From Candidatus Aminicenantes bacterium (lineage in GTDB: Bacteria; Acidobacteriota; Aminicenantia; Aminicenantales; Saccharicenantaceae), in assembly GCA_014360005.1 (NCBI GenBank), contig JACIYI010000016.1, forward strand, positions 54 to 64,053: a stretch of 64,000 bases of DNA. The letters are read 5' to 3'. This document shows, piece after piece, positions 18,534 to 28,112 of this stretch. The notes beneath the pieces were generated by a model that saw nothing but the letters and a program-made list of their open reading frames with translations, was not told the origin of the DNA and did not search any database. Position numbers and translations under genes: made by a program. How positions within the stretch are numbered: position 1 is the first letter of the stretch; each line of letters starts with the position of its first letter.

Positions 18534-19502
18534 CTAATACCCCTGTCTGGTTCGGATCCGGTAGTTTCCCTTGACGGTGCTTACCCGGATTCGCCGGTAT
18601 TTGTCGTCATCTTTGTAGGAGGTGTAGCCTATCAGGTACTGATGGCTTTGTTCCCGTTTGATTTCATAGATAGCTGCCAGCAGGCTTTCCAGGTCGTCCA
18701 GAAAAAAGGCCTTACCTCCGGTGGCTTCGGCAAACATCTTCAGGGTCTCGACAATGCCCATGGCCGTTAAGCCGGTGCGCCTTTTATGCCGGGCCAGGAT
18801 TTCCTCGGCCCTGGGAATTTTATAGCCAATGACATAGATGGGAACGTCCACCCGCCGGGCGATCTCCAGAGCCTGCCCGGCACTGGACTGACTGTCGTTC
18901 TCAATCCCGTCGGTGATCAGGATAAGAGCCCGTTTTTCATTCTTGGCCCGGACCGCATACTGTGGCGAAACGGCCACAGCGTCATTCAGGGCTGTCTTAC
19001 CGTAGGCCTGTTCCTGTTCCAGGGCGGCCAGGAAAGCTGAACGGTCGGTTGAGTGACGGGCTGCCACCTCCACCTCGCCGTCGGCAAACACCAGCAGGGC
19101 CAGCTCGTCCTTAGGGACCAGGACCTTTTCGGCCAGAATCTGGAGGGCCCGGCGGCATTCTTCGAATTTGTTTTCCAGGGCCATGCTGCCGCTGACATCC
19201 AGCAGGACAGTCAGGCTGAGCGGGGCCGACTGGTCATGCTGGAAATAATTTATGGTCTTTTTCTCATTGTTCTCATAAACAATAAAATCTTGTTTTTCCA
19301 GGTTATTGATGTAGCGGCCCTTCTTATCTTGAACGGTCACGGCAATGGTTATGGCATTGACCGTCACGTTGTAGGCTGCCTTTTCCTGGGGTATCTTCTG
19401 AGTTTTTTCCTGAGGCCAGACTTCTGCTGCCAATAAAATGATTAGGATGGCCAGCAGGCACAGGCTGCCGGGGGCTATTTTTTTATTCTTAAAGGAGCTC
19501 AT
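18534..19502 (-). CDS. Secreted VWA-domain protein (Acidobacterial VWFA-related type)
   Basis: VTVQDKKGRYINNL..DF.VYEN N-terminus, MIDAS DVSGS, TALNDA, ILITDG, ATGG; start approximate. Confidence 0.88.
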   Translation of the reverse strand: MSSFKNKKIAPGSLCLLAILIILLAAEVWPQEKTQKIPQEKAAYNVTVNAITIAVTVQDKKGRYINNLEKQDFIVYENNEKKTINYFQHDQSAPLSLTVLLDVSGSMALENKFEECRRALQILAEKVLVPKDELALLVFADGEVEVAARHSTDRSAFLAALEQEQAYGKTALNDAVAVSPQYAVRAKNEKRALILITDGIENDSQSSAGQALEIARRVDVPIYVIGYKIPRAEEILARHKRRTGLTAMGIVETLKMFAEATGGKAFFLDDLESLLAAIYEIKREQSHQYLIGYTSYKDDDKYRRIRVSTVKGNYRIRTRQGY

Positions 19503-19813
19503 GCTTGTCTTAAAAATATCACACCTCAACCCGTCCGGCCAACCAGTGGCCTCACTGATTTTAGTCGGCTCAAGCCCTGGTTGTTCTATCAGGAGAGAAG
19601 AATAGTCAGTGGCCCTATTATCGGGCTTCAGGACTGACTGCCCCCTGCCGCCCAGACCTGGCCTGCTCTCCTTTTATCTACCGAGCTTCATCCGAAAGGC
19701 TTTCCAGCAGCCAATTATCCGTCGGCCATTGAGACTGCTATTAGAACAACCCGACTCCGATTCAGGGCAGGCGCCAGGTATTGACCAGGAAATTTTTTAC
19801 TGTTTACAGGACT

Positions 19814-20482
19814 TTACTTCAGGCTCTCCGGATGGTGGCGGACCTGTTCGGCCTTGACCAGGTAGATTACATCCTCAGCAATATTGGTGGCATGGTCGCA
19901 GATTCTTTCCAGGTGCCTGGCCACCAGGAGCAGGGCCACCCCCCGGGGGGCAGTGCTCGGGTCCTTGGCCATGTAATCGTTTATCAATTCAGATTGCACC
20001 AGGTTGCGCAGCTCGTCGGCTTCATTATCGCGCAGGATAACTGACCGGGCCAGCTCGGTATCCTTGTTGACAAAGGAATTAATAGCATCCCTGACCATCC
20101 CCTGGGCCAGGGTGGCCAGTTTGGGAATATCTATCAGCGGCTTGAGCAGGGGCTGGTCGGCCATCTCAATGACCCTCTGACCGATATCCACCGCCAGGTC
20201 GGCAATCCTTTCCAGGTCGGTGGCAATTTTCATCGACATGATAATAAAGCGCAGGTCGGCGGCCGCCGGCTGGTAGAGAGCAATCAGGTTCAGGCATTTT
20301 TCCTCGATGGCCAGGTCCAGGTTATCAATCCGGTCGTCATCCTTGATCACGGCCTCGGCTTTTTCCCGGCTGAGCTCCCGCAAGGCCTTGATGGAGTTGC
20401 CGATGGTCGCTTCCACCTCGGCCGACATCTCCAGGATTTTCTTGTTCAACTCCAGCAGTTCTTCGTCGAAATATCTGGTCAT
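19814..20482 (-). CDS. phoU: Phosphate transport regulator PhoU
   Basis: QPAAADLR, DLERIADLA, LERICDHATNIAE; ATG 20482 with GGAGG SD. Confidence 0.96.
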   Translation of the reverse strand: MTRYFDEELLELNKKILEMSAEVEATIGNSIKALRELSREKAEAVIKDDDRIDNLDLAIEEKCLNLIALYQPAAADLRFIIMSMKIATDLERIADLAVDIGQRVIEMADQPLLKPLIDIPKLATLAQGMVRDAINSFVNKDTELARSVILRDNEADELRNLVQSELINDYMAKDPSTAPRGVALLLVARHLERICDHATNIAEDVIYLVKAEQVRHHPESLK

Positions 20483-20519
20483 AACGGCCTCCTTTTCCAG
20501 CTGCTCTGGCCAGTCATCT

Positions 20520-21290
20520 CTAACCAAAACGGCCGGTGATATAATCTTCAGTCCGCCTGTCTTTGGGACTGGTAAAAATCTGGTTGGTCTCGCCGAACTC
20601 TATCAGATCACCCAGCAAAAAGTAACCCGTATAATCAGAAACCCTGGCCGCCTGCTGCATGTTATGGGTAACTATAACAATAGTATAGTCTTTTTTGAGC
20701 TCGTACATCAAATCCTCTATCCGGGATGTGGCCAGAGGGTCGAGGGCCGAGCAGGGCTCATCCATCAACACCACCTCGGGCTCAACCGCCAGCAGCCGGG
20801 CGATACACAGGCGCTGCTGCTGCTCTCCTGTCAGTTTCAGGGCATTATCCGACAGCCGGTCCTTCAGCTCGTCCCAGAGGTTGACCGCCTGAAGGCAGCG
20901 AAAAAGTTTTTCTTCCAGAAAATTGGCTTCGGTCCGGCCATGAACCCTGAGTCCATAAGTGATGTTATCGGCTATGCTCAGCGGGAAAGGATTGGGCCGC
21001 TGGAAGACCATGCCCACTCTTCTCCTCAGTTCCAGCAGGTCGGTCTCGGGATCATAGATGTTCTGGCCTTCAAAAAACACCCCGCCCTCAGTCCGGCAGC
21101 CTTCGATTAAATCATTCATCCGGTTCAGGGCCCTGAGGAAGGTAGATTTGCCACAGCCCGAAGGTCCGATCAGAGCCGTAATGCGATTGGCCTGAATATC
21201 CAGGTTGATATCCCTCAGGGCCTGGAATTTTCCGTAATAAACGGCCAGGTTCTTAACTTCGATGACATTCTTGCTGACCGCAGTCATCAC
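20520..21290 (-). CDS. pstB: Phosphate ABC transporter ATPase PstB (copy with intact Walker A/Q-loop/H-switch, degenerate signature LTGEQ)
   Basis: [45 protein letters not shown]. Confidence 0.95.
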   Translation of the reverse strand: MMTAVSKNVIEVKNLAVYYGKFQALRDINLDIQANRITALIGPSGCGKSTFLRALNRMNDLIEGCRTEGGVFFEGQNIYDPETDLLELRRRVGMVFQRPNPFPLSIADNITYGLRVHGRTEANFLEEKLFRCLQAVNLWDELKDRLSDNALKLTGEQQQRLCIARLLAVEPEVVLMDEPCSALDPLATSRIEDLMYELKKDYTIVIVTHNMQQAARVSDYTGYFLLGDLIEFGETNQIFTSPKDRRTEDYITGRFG

Positions 21291-21567
21291 TGTCGCCTCA
21301 CTTGATAACCCGATTCCTTAAAATCAACCGGCTGCCTTGTTCCCTCCTGGACCCATTCCTGATTGGGTTTGGGCACTTCCAGCCGGACTGTTTCTGCTCG
21401 TCATCAAACAACAAAACACTTGCTCCCCAGCTTCGGTCTTGGCTGGCAGCGGCCGGTCTCTCGGTATTCGTCCTTTTATAATTATAGCTTCTCATTGTTA
21501 ACTTTGATTTAGGTCTCCATTAAATTCAGACAAATAGCCATACTCATTACACCCACAATTGCCGGCC

Positions 21568-22326
21568 TCAGCCAAACTTGCCCTCAAGGTAAGCTTCCGT
21601 CCGTTTATCCGCCGGCCGGGTAAAGACGACCGGGGTCTCGTCAATCTCCACCAACTCGCCCATCAGGAAAAAGGCCGTTCGGTCGGCCACCCGGGCTGCC
21701 TGCTTGGTATTATTAGTTACCAGGATTATGGTGTAATCCTTCTTCAGGCTGCGCAGGGAATCCTCAATTTTCATGGTAGATATCGGGTCCAGGCCGGAGG
21801 TCGGCTCATCCAGCATTATGTATTTGGGCTTAAGGGCCAGCACCCGGGCAATGCACAGCCGCTGCTGCTGTCCGCCTGACAGTTTCAGGGCGCTGCTGTG
21901 CAGACGGTCCTTGACCTCGGCCCAGAGGCCGGCCTTTTCCAGGGAATCTTCCACCACCCAGTCGAGCTCCTTGCGGTTATTGTTCCCGAGTAGGCGGACC
22001 CCAAAAACAATATTTTCGTAGATGCTCATGGGCAGGGGCACCGGGGTTGCAAAAACCATGCCCAGTTTCCGCCGCAGGGCCACCACATCCACCTCGGGCC
22101 CGTAGATATCCTGGTCATCGACCACGATTTTTCCTTCCACTCGGGAGCCGGGTATCAGGTCGTTCAGCCGGTTGAGACAGGCCAGGAAGGTTGATTTTCC
22201 GCTTCTGGCCGGGCCGATTATCCCCAGGATTTCATTTCGGTAGACATCCAGGTTGATTTTGTTCAGACTGCGATGGCCACCGTAGTAATGACTGAAATCC
22301 CTGACCAGGATACCTCTTTGTTTCAT
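21568..22326 (-). CDS. pstB: Phosphate ABC transporter ATPase PstB (copy with intact LSGGQ, altered Walker A/Q-loop/H-switch)
   Basis: [48 protein letters not shown]. Confidence 0.93.
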   Translation of the reverse strand: MKQRGILVRDFSHYYGGHRSLNKINLDVYRNEILGIIGPARSGKSTFLACLNRLNDLIPGSRVEGKIVVDDQDIYGPEVDVVALRRKLGMVFATPVPLPMSIYENIVFGVRLLGNNNRKELDWVVEDSLEKAGLWAEVKDRLHSSALKLSGGQQQRLCIARVLALKPKYIMLDEPTSGLDPISTMKIEDSLRSLKKDYTIILVTNNTKQAARVADRTAFFLMGELVEIDETPVVFTRPADKRTEAYLEGKFG

Positions 22327-22331
22327 AACCT

Positions 22332-23180
22332 TTATGATTTCCGCTTGATATATTTTTCCATCAGATAATAGGTGACTATGTTAATGATCAGGATGGAGAT
22401 GACCAGCACCGCAGCCGTTCCGTAAGCTTTGGGCATGGACACGCCTTCCTTGGCCAGAATATAAAAATGGACCGACATCGTGCGGGACGAAGAGAACAGC
22501 GAGGTCGGCATTCGCAGAGCCGAGCCAGCGGTGAAAATGACGGCCGCGGTTTCGCCTATGCTCCGGCCGATGCTCAGGATAACTCCGGTAACTATTCCCG
22601 GTATGGCCGAGGGCAAAACCACCCTGGTGACGGTCTGCCAGCGGGTGCTGCCCAGAGAAAAGCTGACCAGGCGGTAGGCCGGGGGCACAGCCTTGATGGC
22701 TTCCTCGCTGGTCCTGATGATAGTTGGCAGAACCATGAAGGCCAGGGTCAATCCTCCGCTCAGGATGGACCAGCCGAATTTCAACTTATTGACAAAAAGA
22801 ATGAAGCCGAACAGGCCAAAGATGATGGAAGGGATTCCGGCCAGGCATTCAGCCCCGAACCTGATGATGCGGGTGATGCGGCCCTCAATCGTGTATTCGG
22901 TGAGGTAAATGGCCGTGCCCACTCCCAGGGGTGTGGCCACCAGCAGGGCGATGAAGGTCAGAAAAATGGTGGCCACAATGGTGGAAAGTATGCCACCCTC
23001 CCGCCCCATGTCGGTCGGATTCCGGGTAAGAAATTCCAGACTGAGCTGGGGCAGGCCATTTTTGAGAATAACCACCAGTATAAAGACCAGGACCAGGATG
23101 GCCATCGAGGTTAGAAAATACATGATGGATTGAGCTATTTTCTGCTCTGTTTTTGGATTGAACCTTAGCTGCTGACCCAC
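22332..23180 (-). CDS. pstA: Phosphate ABC transporter permease PstA
   Basis: AIYLTEY, LAGIPSIIFGLFG, GRSIGETAA. Confidence 0.95.
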   Translation of the reverse strand: MGQQLRFNPKTEQKIAQSIMYFLTSMAILVLVFILVVILKNGLPQLSLEFLTRNPTDMGREGGILSTIVATIFLTFIALLVATPLGVGTAIYLTEYTIEGRITRIIRFGAECLAGIPSIIFGLFGFILFVNKLKFGWSILSGGLTLAFMVLPTIIRTSEEAIKAVPPAYRLVSFSLGSTRWQTVTRVVLPSAIPGIVTGVILSIGRSIGETAAVIFTAGSALRMPTSLFSSSRTMSVHFYILAKEGVSMPKAYGTAAVLVISILIINIVTYYLMEKYIKRKS

Positions 23181-23190
23181 CCCTAGCTCC

Positions 23191-24051
23191 TTACTTCTTC
23201 CTCTGCCGGGCCGAGGTCACGTTGGCCATGGTATTCAAAATCATGATGATGATGAACAGGATAACTCCAGTAGCAAACAGTGCTTCCCGATGCTCCCCGC
23301 TAGCGTAAGCCATCTCCAGGGCGATGTTGGAAGTCAGGGTGCGGACCGGGGCTAAAATCGACCCGGGGATATCGGCCGCATTGCCAGCTACCATGATGAC
23401 GGCCATAGTTTCCCCGATGGCCCGGCCCATGCCCAGGATTATCCCGGCAATTATTCCCGAACGGGCGGCCGGCAGAACCACCAGCCTTACAGTCTGCCAC
23501 CTGGTTGCTCCCAGAGCAATGGAACCCTCACGGTAGGAATCGGGCACAGCTCTGATGGCATCGATAGAAATGCTGATAACCGTCGGCAGAATCATAATGC
23601 CCAGGATGATGGAAGCAGCCAGCACCGAAAGCCCTGGACCACCGAACCTTTCCCGGATGAACGGCACCAGGAACATCAATCCAATAAAGCCATAGACCAC
23701 GGAGGGGATGCCGGCCAGAAGTTCAATCACTGGTTTCAGAATCCGGGACAGCCGGCGGTGAGAAAACTCGGTCAGAAAGATGGCACTGGCCATCCCCAGC
23801 GGCACACCAATGATCAGGGCTCCGAAAGTTACCATAAGAGAGCCGACAATCATCGGCAACAAACCAAAACTCTTTTCCGAGGGATACCAGTCCCGGCCCA
23901 GGAGAAAACTGCGGAGGCCATACTTGAACATGATGGGCGTGCCCTGCTCGAAAATGAAAATGGTAATAATGGCCAGGACCGAGATGGCCGACAGGGCTAT
24001 CATTAGCAGGCCGAGTCTGACCAGCCGGTCGTTCCTGTCCAGTTTGGTCAT
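23191..24051 (-). CDS. pstC: Phosphate ABC transporter permease PstC
   Basis: ELLAGIPSVVYG, GMGRAIGETMAV. Confidence 0.95.
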   Translation of the reverse strand: MTKLDRNDRLVRLGLLMIALSAISVLAIITIFIFEQGTPIMFKYGLRSFLLGRDWYPSEKSFGLLPMIVGSLMVTFGALIIGVPLGMASAIFLTEFSHRRLSRILKPVIELLAGIPSVVYGFIGLMFLVPFIRERFGGPGLSVLAASIILGIMILPTVISISIDAIRAVPDSYREGSIALGATRWQTVRLVVLPAARSGIIAGIILGMGRAIGETMAVIMVAGNAADIPGSILAPVRTLTSNIALEMAYASGEHREALFATGVILFIIIMILNTMANVTSARQRKK

Positions 24052-24935
24052 TCGCTGCTCCCCGGCTCCTGTTTAACCGGGATCAAGCCCTCTTTATGGA
24101 CCAGTTCCTGGATTTCTGGCGACAGGACAAAATCAATGAATTCTTTGGCCAGGCCGGTGGGAGCTTCTTTTGTCACAAATAGAAAGGGCCGAACCAGTTT
24201 ATATTCTTTTTTCAGGATGGCTTCTTCGCTGGGAGCCACGCCGTTGAGGGCCAGAGCCTTGACCCGGTCATTGACCAGTCCCAGGGAAATAAAGCCGATG
24301 GCCTCGGGGTCGCGGCTGACGATTTCCCTGACGGTGCCGTTGGAATCCTGAACGATGGCTTTCTTGGTGATTCTGGACTTGCCCATGACCAATTCCTGAA
24401 AGGCTCCTCTGGTACCTGAACCTTCTTCTCGAACAACCACGGTAATGGGCTTTTTCCGGCCGTTCAGTGTCTCCCAGGTGATAATCTCGCCCACAAAGAT
24501 GCTCTTGACCTGCTCAATGCTGAGGCTATCGAGCGGGTTGTCAGGATGAACAATGATGGCCAGACCATCACGGGCCACCTCAATCTGAAACAAGTCCATC
24601 TCATCCTCTTTGAGTTCGCGGGAAGACATGCCGATGTGGGCCGCCCCGGTCTTAACTGCCTGGATGCCGGCGCTGGACCCACCTCCCTGGACATCCACTA
24701 TCATGTCCGGCCTTTCCTCCATGAAAACTTCGGCCCACTTATCGGCAAAGGGCTGGACGCTGGTAGAACCAGCCACTACCAGGTTATGTCCGCTTCGCCC
24801 CTGGCGGCAGGAGGAAAAGAACAGACCGACGGAAAGCAGAATGAAGATGAGAGCTGCGGTCATCCGGATCACAGGAACTGAAAGCCATCCGGCTGATATG
24901 GGCACTTCTCTTCTTTTAGCTTTCATGGTCTCCAT
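24048..24935 (-). CDS. pstS: Phosphate-binding lipoprotein PstS
   Basis: AGSTSVQP, GGGSSAGI, IGMSSREL, REEGSGTR; lipobox FSSC. Confidence 0.95.
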   Translation of the reverse strand: METMKAKRREVPISAGWLSVPVIRMTAALIFILLSVGLFFSSCRQGRSGHNLVVAGSTSVQPFADKWAEVFMEERPDMIVDVQGGGSSAGIQAVKTGAAHIGMSSRELKEDEMDLFQIEVARDGLAIIVHPDNPLDSLSIEQVKSIFVGEIITWETLNGRKKPITVVVREEGSGTRGAFQELVMGKSRITKKAIVQDSNGTVREIVSRDPEAIGFISLGLVNDRVKALALNGVAPSEEAILKKEYKLVRPFLFVTKEAPTGLAKEFIDFVLSPEIQELVHKEGLIPVKQEPGSSE

Positions 24936-25079
24936 CAGGTTAAATCGGCTTAATCAGCTCATTCCTCTCAGGCCCGGGCCAGACACAGTTCAGGATTAGA
25001 GGCCAGTATCCGAAGGATTCATTACAGGTTTTTAATTATACTTAACTTTGAGAAAAAGAAAAGCTATCAGGTCTGGGCT

Positions 25080-27026
25080 TCAGGATGATATCTTGTCTAT
25101 TTCCTGAAGCCTCCGCTCGAAGCTCTGGCTCTTTTCTTCATATTCCAGGTAGACCTGTGTATATTCTTCGTAGAGCGAGTCCAGACTCTTGCGATTGGCA
25201 TCGAGTTCTCGCGACAGACGTACCACCTCCTGGCCCCGGCCGTCGACCGAAGCTTCAATAATCTGCTGAGTCAGCTGGTTGACCTTCTGTTCCAGGGCTT
25301 CAAGCTGGCTCTCCAGCGAAAGCACTCTCTCTTCCAGGGGCTTTAAGATTCGTGATTTTTCTATGATAACTTCTGAGCGCAGCTTGCGCAGTTCCCGGGG
25401 TGAAAGTTTGAAGCGGAAGGATTCATCCTGGAGGGTCTGACGGCTGCCGTTTTTATCGGGCTCGGCTTTGTCCGGTGGTGCGGCCGGGCCTGCTGCCGGC
25501 AGTTGGGCTTCATCCCTGGACTGAACCTGGTTTTCAGCCTGCTCTTCGTTCCAGCCAACCCTCTTGAGGAAGGTTTCGTAGTCGCCTTCCAAAACCGTCA
25601 GCCTGTCATTCTGAAAGATAATTAGCCGCTGGCCCAGGGCTCTCAGGAACATCTCGTTATGGGTCACCATGACCACGGCCCCATCAAAGTTGTCTAGGGC
25701 AGCCAGCAGGGCGTCGCAGGATTCAAGGTCCAGGTGGTTGGTGGGTTCGTCCAGAAGCAGGAGATTAACAGGGGTAGCCAGAATCTTTCCCAGCAATACC
25801 CGGCTTTTTTCTCCGCCCGACAGGACCCTGATGGGTTTGAGGGCCTCGTCGCCTTCAAACATCAGAGTGCCGGCGATCTGGCGCACCCGGGCTGGCTCCA
25901 GCTGGGGATTGGCCGAACCTATTTCTTCTAAGACGGTATTGGCATTGTTCAGGTCTTCGGCAAAACTCTGTTCGTAGTAACCGATGGAAACGGATTTCGG
26001 GCAGGTTATTTCCCCAGATTGGGGTGGGAGGAGCCCGGCCATCAACTTCAGGAGAGTGGTCTTGCCTCGCCCGTTGGGTCCGATGACCATCACCCGGTCG
26101 CGGGCCCCGATGTGCAGGCTGAAATTCTGGATAAGTGGCCGGTCCGGAGTATAAGCGAAACTGACATTATCCAGGCTGAGAGCGTATTTATGGTGGAACT
26201 TCTTCTCCAGGAAAGAAAATTCCATGTTCTTGATTTTTTCCAGCTTCTCCCGCTTTTCCATCTTTTCTATGTATTTAAGGCGGGACTGGACCAGGCCGGC
26301 CAGCCGGGCCTTGGCCCGGAAACGGTTGATGAAGACTTCCAGTTCTTTCCTTTTGCGCTCATCATTAATCCGGGTCTTCTCGTAGACCTCTTCTTCCAGA
26401 GCCAGCTGGTTGTAATACTTCTCGGTATCGCCTTCAATCTTGCGCACCTTGTAGCGGTGGATGCCGAGAATGTGGGTGGCCACCCGGTCCATGAAGCTGC
26501 GGTCGTGGGTGATGAACATCAGCTCGCCCCGCCAGGACAGCAGGAATTTTTCCAGCCAGCGAATGGAAGTGATGTCCAGGTAGTTATTGGGTTCATCCAG
26601 GAGCAGCAGGTCATAGTCGGTAAGAAGGAGGCGGGCCAGGTTCAGCCTGACCTTGAAGCCACCGGACAGCTGGTGCGGGTTCTTCTCAAAATCGGCGGCG
26701 GAAAAACCCAGGCCGGCCAGGACTTTCTCCACCCGCCATAGCTGGTCCGAGTCATGGTCGGACAATCCGCGGCTGGCTTCTTCCAGAACCGTGGGCTTCT
26801 TAAAATCAGGTTCTTGCGCCAGGTAGCCGAGGCGGTAGTGCCTGGGAATTATCACCCGGCCCTCGTCAGGCTCTTCCAGGCCGGCGATGATGCGAAACAG
26901 GGTGGATTTGCCATGCCCGTTTTTACCCACCAGGCCTACTTTTTCGCCCTGGTTGATTTTGAAGCTGATTTTTTCAAAAAGAACCTGCCGGGCAAAGCTC
27001 TTGGACAATTCTTCAACAGCGATCAT
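25080..27026 (-). CDS. ABC-F family ATPase with C-terminal coiled-coil
   Basis: Two NBDs (GKNGHGKST/LSGG/LDEPNNYLD; GPNGRGKTT/LSGGEK/LDEPTNHLD), no TM segments. Confidence 0.93.
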   Translation of the reverse strand: MIAVEELSKSFARQVLFEKISFKINQGEKVGLVGKNGHGKSTLFRIIAGLEEPDEGRVIIPRHYRLGYLAQEPDFKKPTVLEEASRGLSDHDSDQLWRVEKVLAGLGFSAADFEKNPHQLSGGFKVRLNLARLLLTDYDLLLLDEPNNYLDITSIRWLEKFLLSWRGELMFITHDRSFMDRVATHILGIHRYKVRKIEGDTEKYYNQLALEEEVYEKTRINDERKRKELEVFINRFRAKARLAGLVQSRLKYIEKMEKREKLEKIKNMEFSFLEKKFHHKYALSLDNVSFAYTPDRPLIQNFSLHIGARDRVMVIGPNGRGKTTLLKLMAGLLPPQSGEITCPKSVSIGYYEQSFAEDLNNANTVLEEIGSANPQLEPARVRQIAGTLMFEGDEALKPIRVLSGGEKSRVLLGKILATPVNLLLLDEPTNHLDLESCDALLAALDNFDGAVVMVTHNEMFLRALGQRLIIFQNDRLTVLEGDYETFLKRVGWNEEQAENQVQSRDEAQLPAAGPAAPPDKAEPDKNGSRQTLQDESFRFKLSPRELRKLRSEVIIEKSRILKPLEERVLSLESQLEALEQKVNQLTQQIIEASVDGRGQEVVRLSRELDANRKSLDSLYEEYTQVYLEYEEKSQSFERRLQEIDKISS

Positions 27027-27472
27027 TGCTTAATTTCGTCTCCAGCCAGGGTGGCCTTAATAAATCATCAAAATATAATCTTTGACATCAGGGTTACAAG
27101 CCAGGGAGATGACTTCTTATCCCGTTGCCGGGCCGGAATTTTCTCCGCTAGCCTGGACTATAATCATAGCACGTTTGGAGACTGATTTTTAGTCAGGCCC
27201 GGGTCGGAGCCGGCGGTGCGAATATCTGGAGGGGCCAGTTCAATTCCTTGTGATTTAACTTTATCTAAATTGTGGTTTCCCGGTGCTCGCTTCCAGGCTG
27301 GAGTCTAGATAATATTTTTAAAGGCCAAACTGGCCCTAAGAAAACTTAAGTTCTTATAAATTTTGAGGTGGGGCAAAGAATCAATTTCTTTGAAGTTTTG
27401 ACGGATAGATCTGATAGGTTGACTTGAGGCCTTTTTCTGTTAAATAATAAAGCCAGCTAATGGAGAGAAGTT

Positions 27473-27970
27473 ATGGGTGCAAATATTGCCATCATCGATG
27501 ACGACAGGGTATCATCTTCTATGCTGGAGAAATTGTTCAGCGAGAAGGGATACAAGGTGGTTAAGGCCTTTGACGGCGAAAAAGGGCTGAAGCTGGTCAA
27601 AGAAGTCCGACCCCAGGTAGTAATCTGCGATATGCTGCTGCCCAAGATTCACGGGGCTGACCTGTGCCAGAAAATCAAGGATGACCCAGCACTACAGTCA
27701 ACCAAGGTGGTGCTGATTACTGCCGTCTACAAGGGAGCCACTTCCCGGCTCGACGTTAAAAGTTACGGAGCCGACCATTATTTTGAAAAACCCATCAACA
27801 CCAAAGAGCTTTTAAGCTGGGTTGAAAAAAATCTGCCGAAAGAAGAAAAACCAGCTGACAGCAGCCAGCCGACTGATCACAAGCCCATAGATATCGAGTC
27901 CCTGAATATTGACGAAGTCATGAGCCAGCTGAAAACCATGGTGGATAAGGACCTCAACAAGAAAAAATAG
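27473..27970 (+). CDS. Stand-alone response regulator receiver protein
   Basis: IIDDD, ICDMLLP, ITA, FEKP receiver motifs; short C-terminal tail without output domain. Confidence 0.9.
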   Translation: MGANIAIIDDDRVSSSMLEKLFSEKGYKVVKAFDGEKGLKLVKEVRPQVVICDMLLPKIHGADLCQKIKDDPALQSTKVVLITAVYKGATSRLDVKSYGADHYFEKPINTKELLSWVEKNLPKEEKPADSSQPTDHKPIDIESLNIDEVMSQLKTMVDKDLNKKK

Positions 27971-27993
27971 GACAAGAATTCGTTTTAAAGCAG

Positions 27994-28042
27994 AAAAGCC
28001 TGAAGCCCGTAGTTTTTATCTAAAGGCTTCAGGCTTTTTTTT
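27994..28042. terminator. Probable bidirectional intrinsic terminator
   Basis: AAAAGCCTGAAGCC...GGCTTCAGGCTTTT inverted repeat with T tract between convergent genes. Confidence 0.75.
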
Positions 28043-28112
28043 GACGAGAGCCCGGGCTTGGTTCTTATTATTCCATTGTCCGGGCTGTCTTTATTAAAAC
28101 CTCAACTTGGCC

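Noticed and set aside
21298-21495. 65-aa ORF between the two pstB genes
   Set aside because: No SD or recognisable motif; better explained as a regulatory spacer
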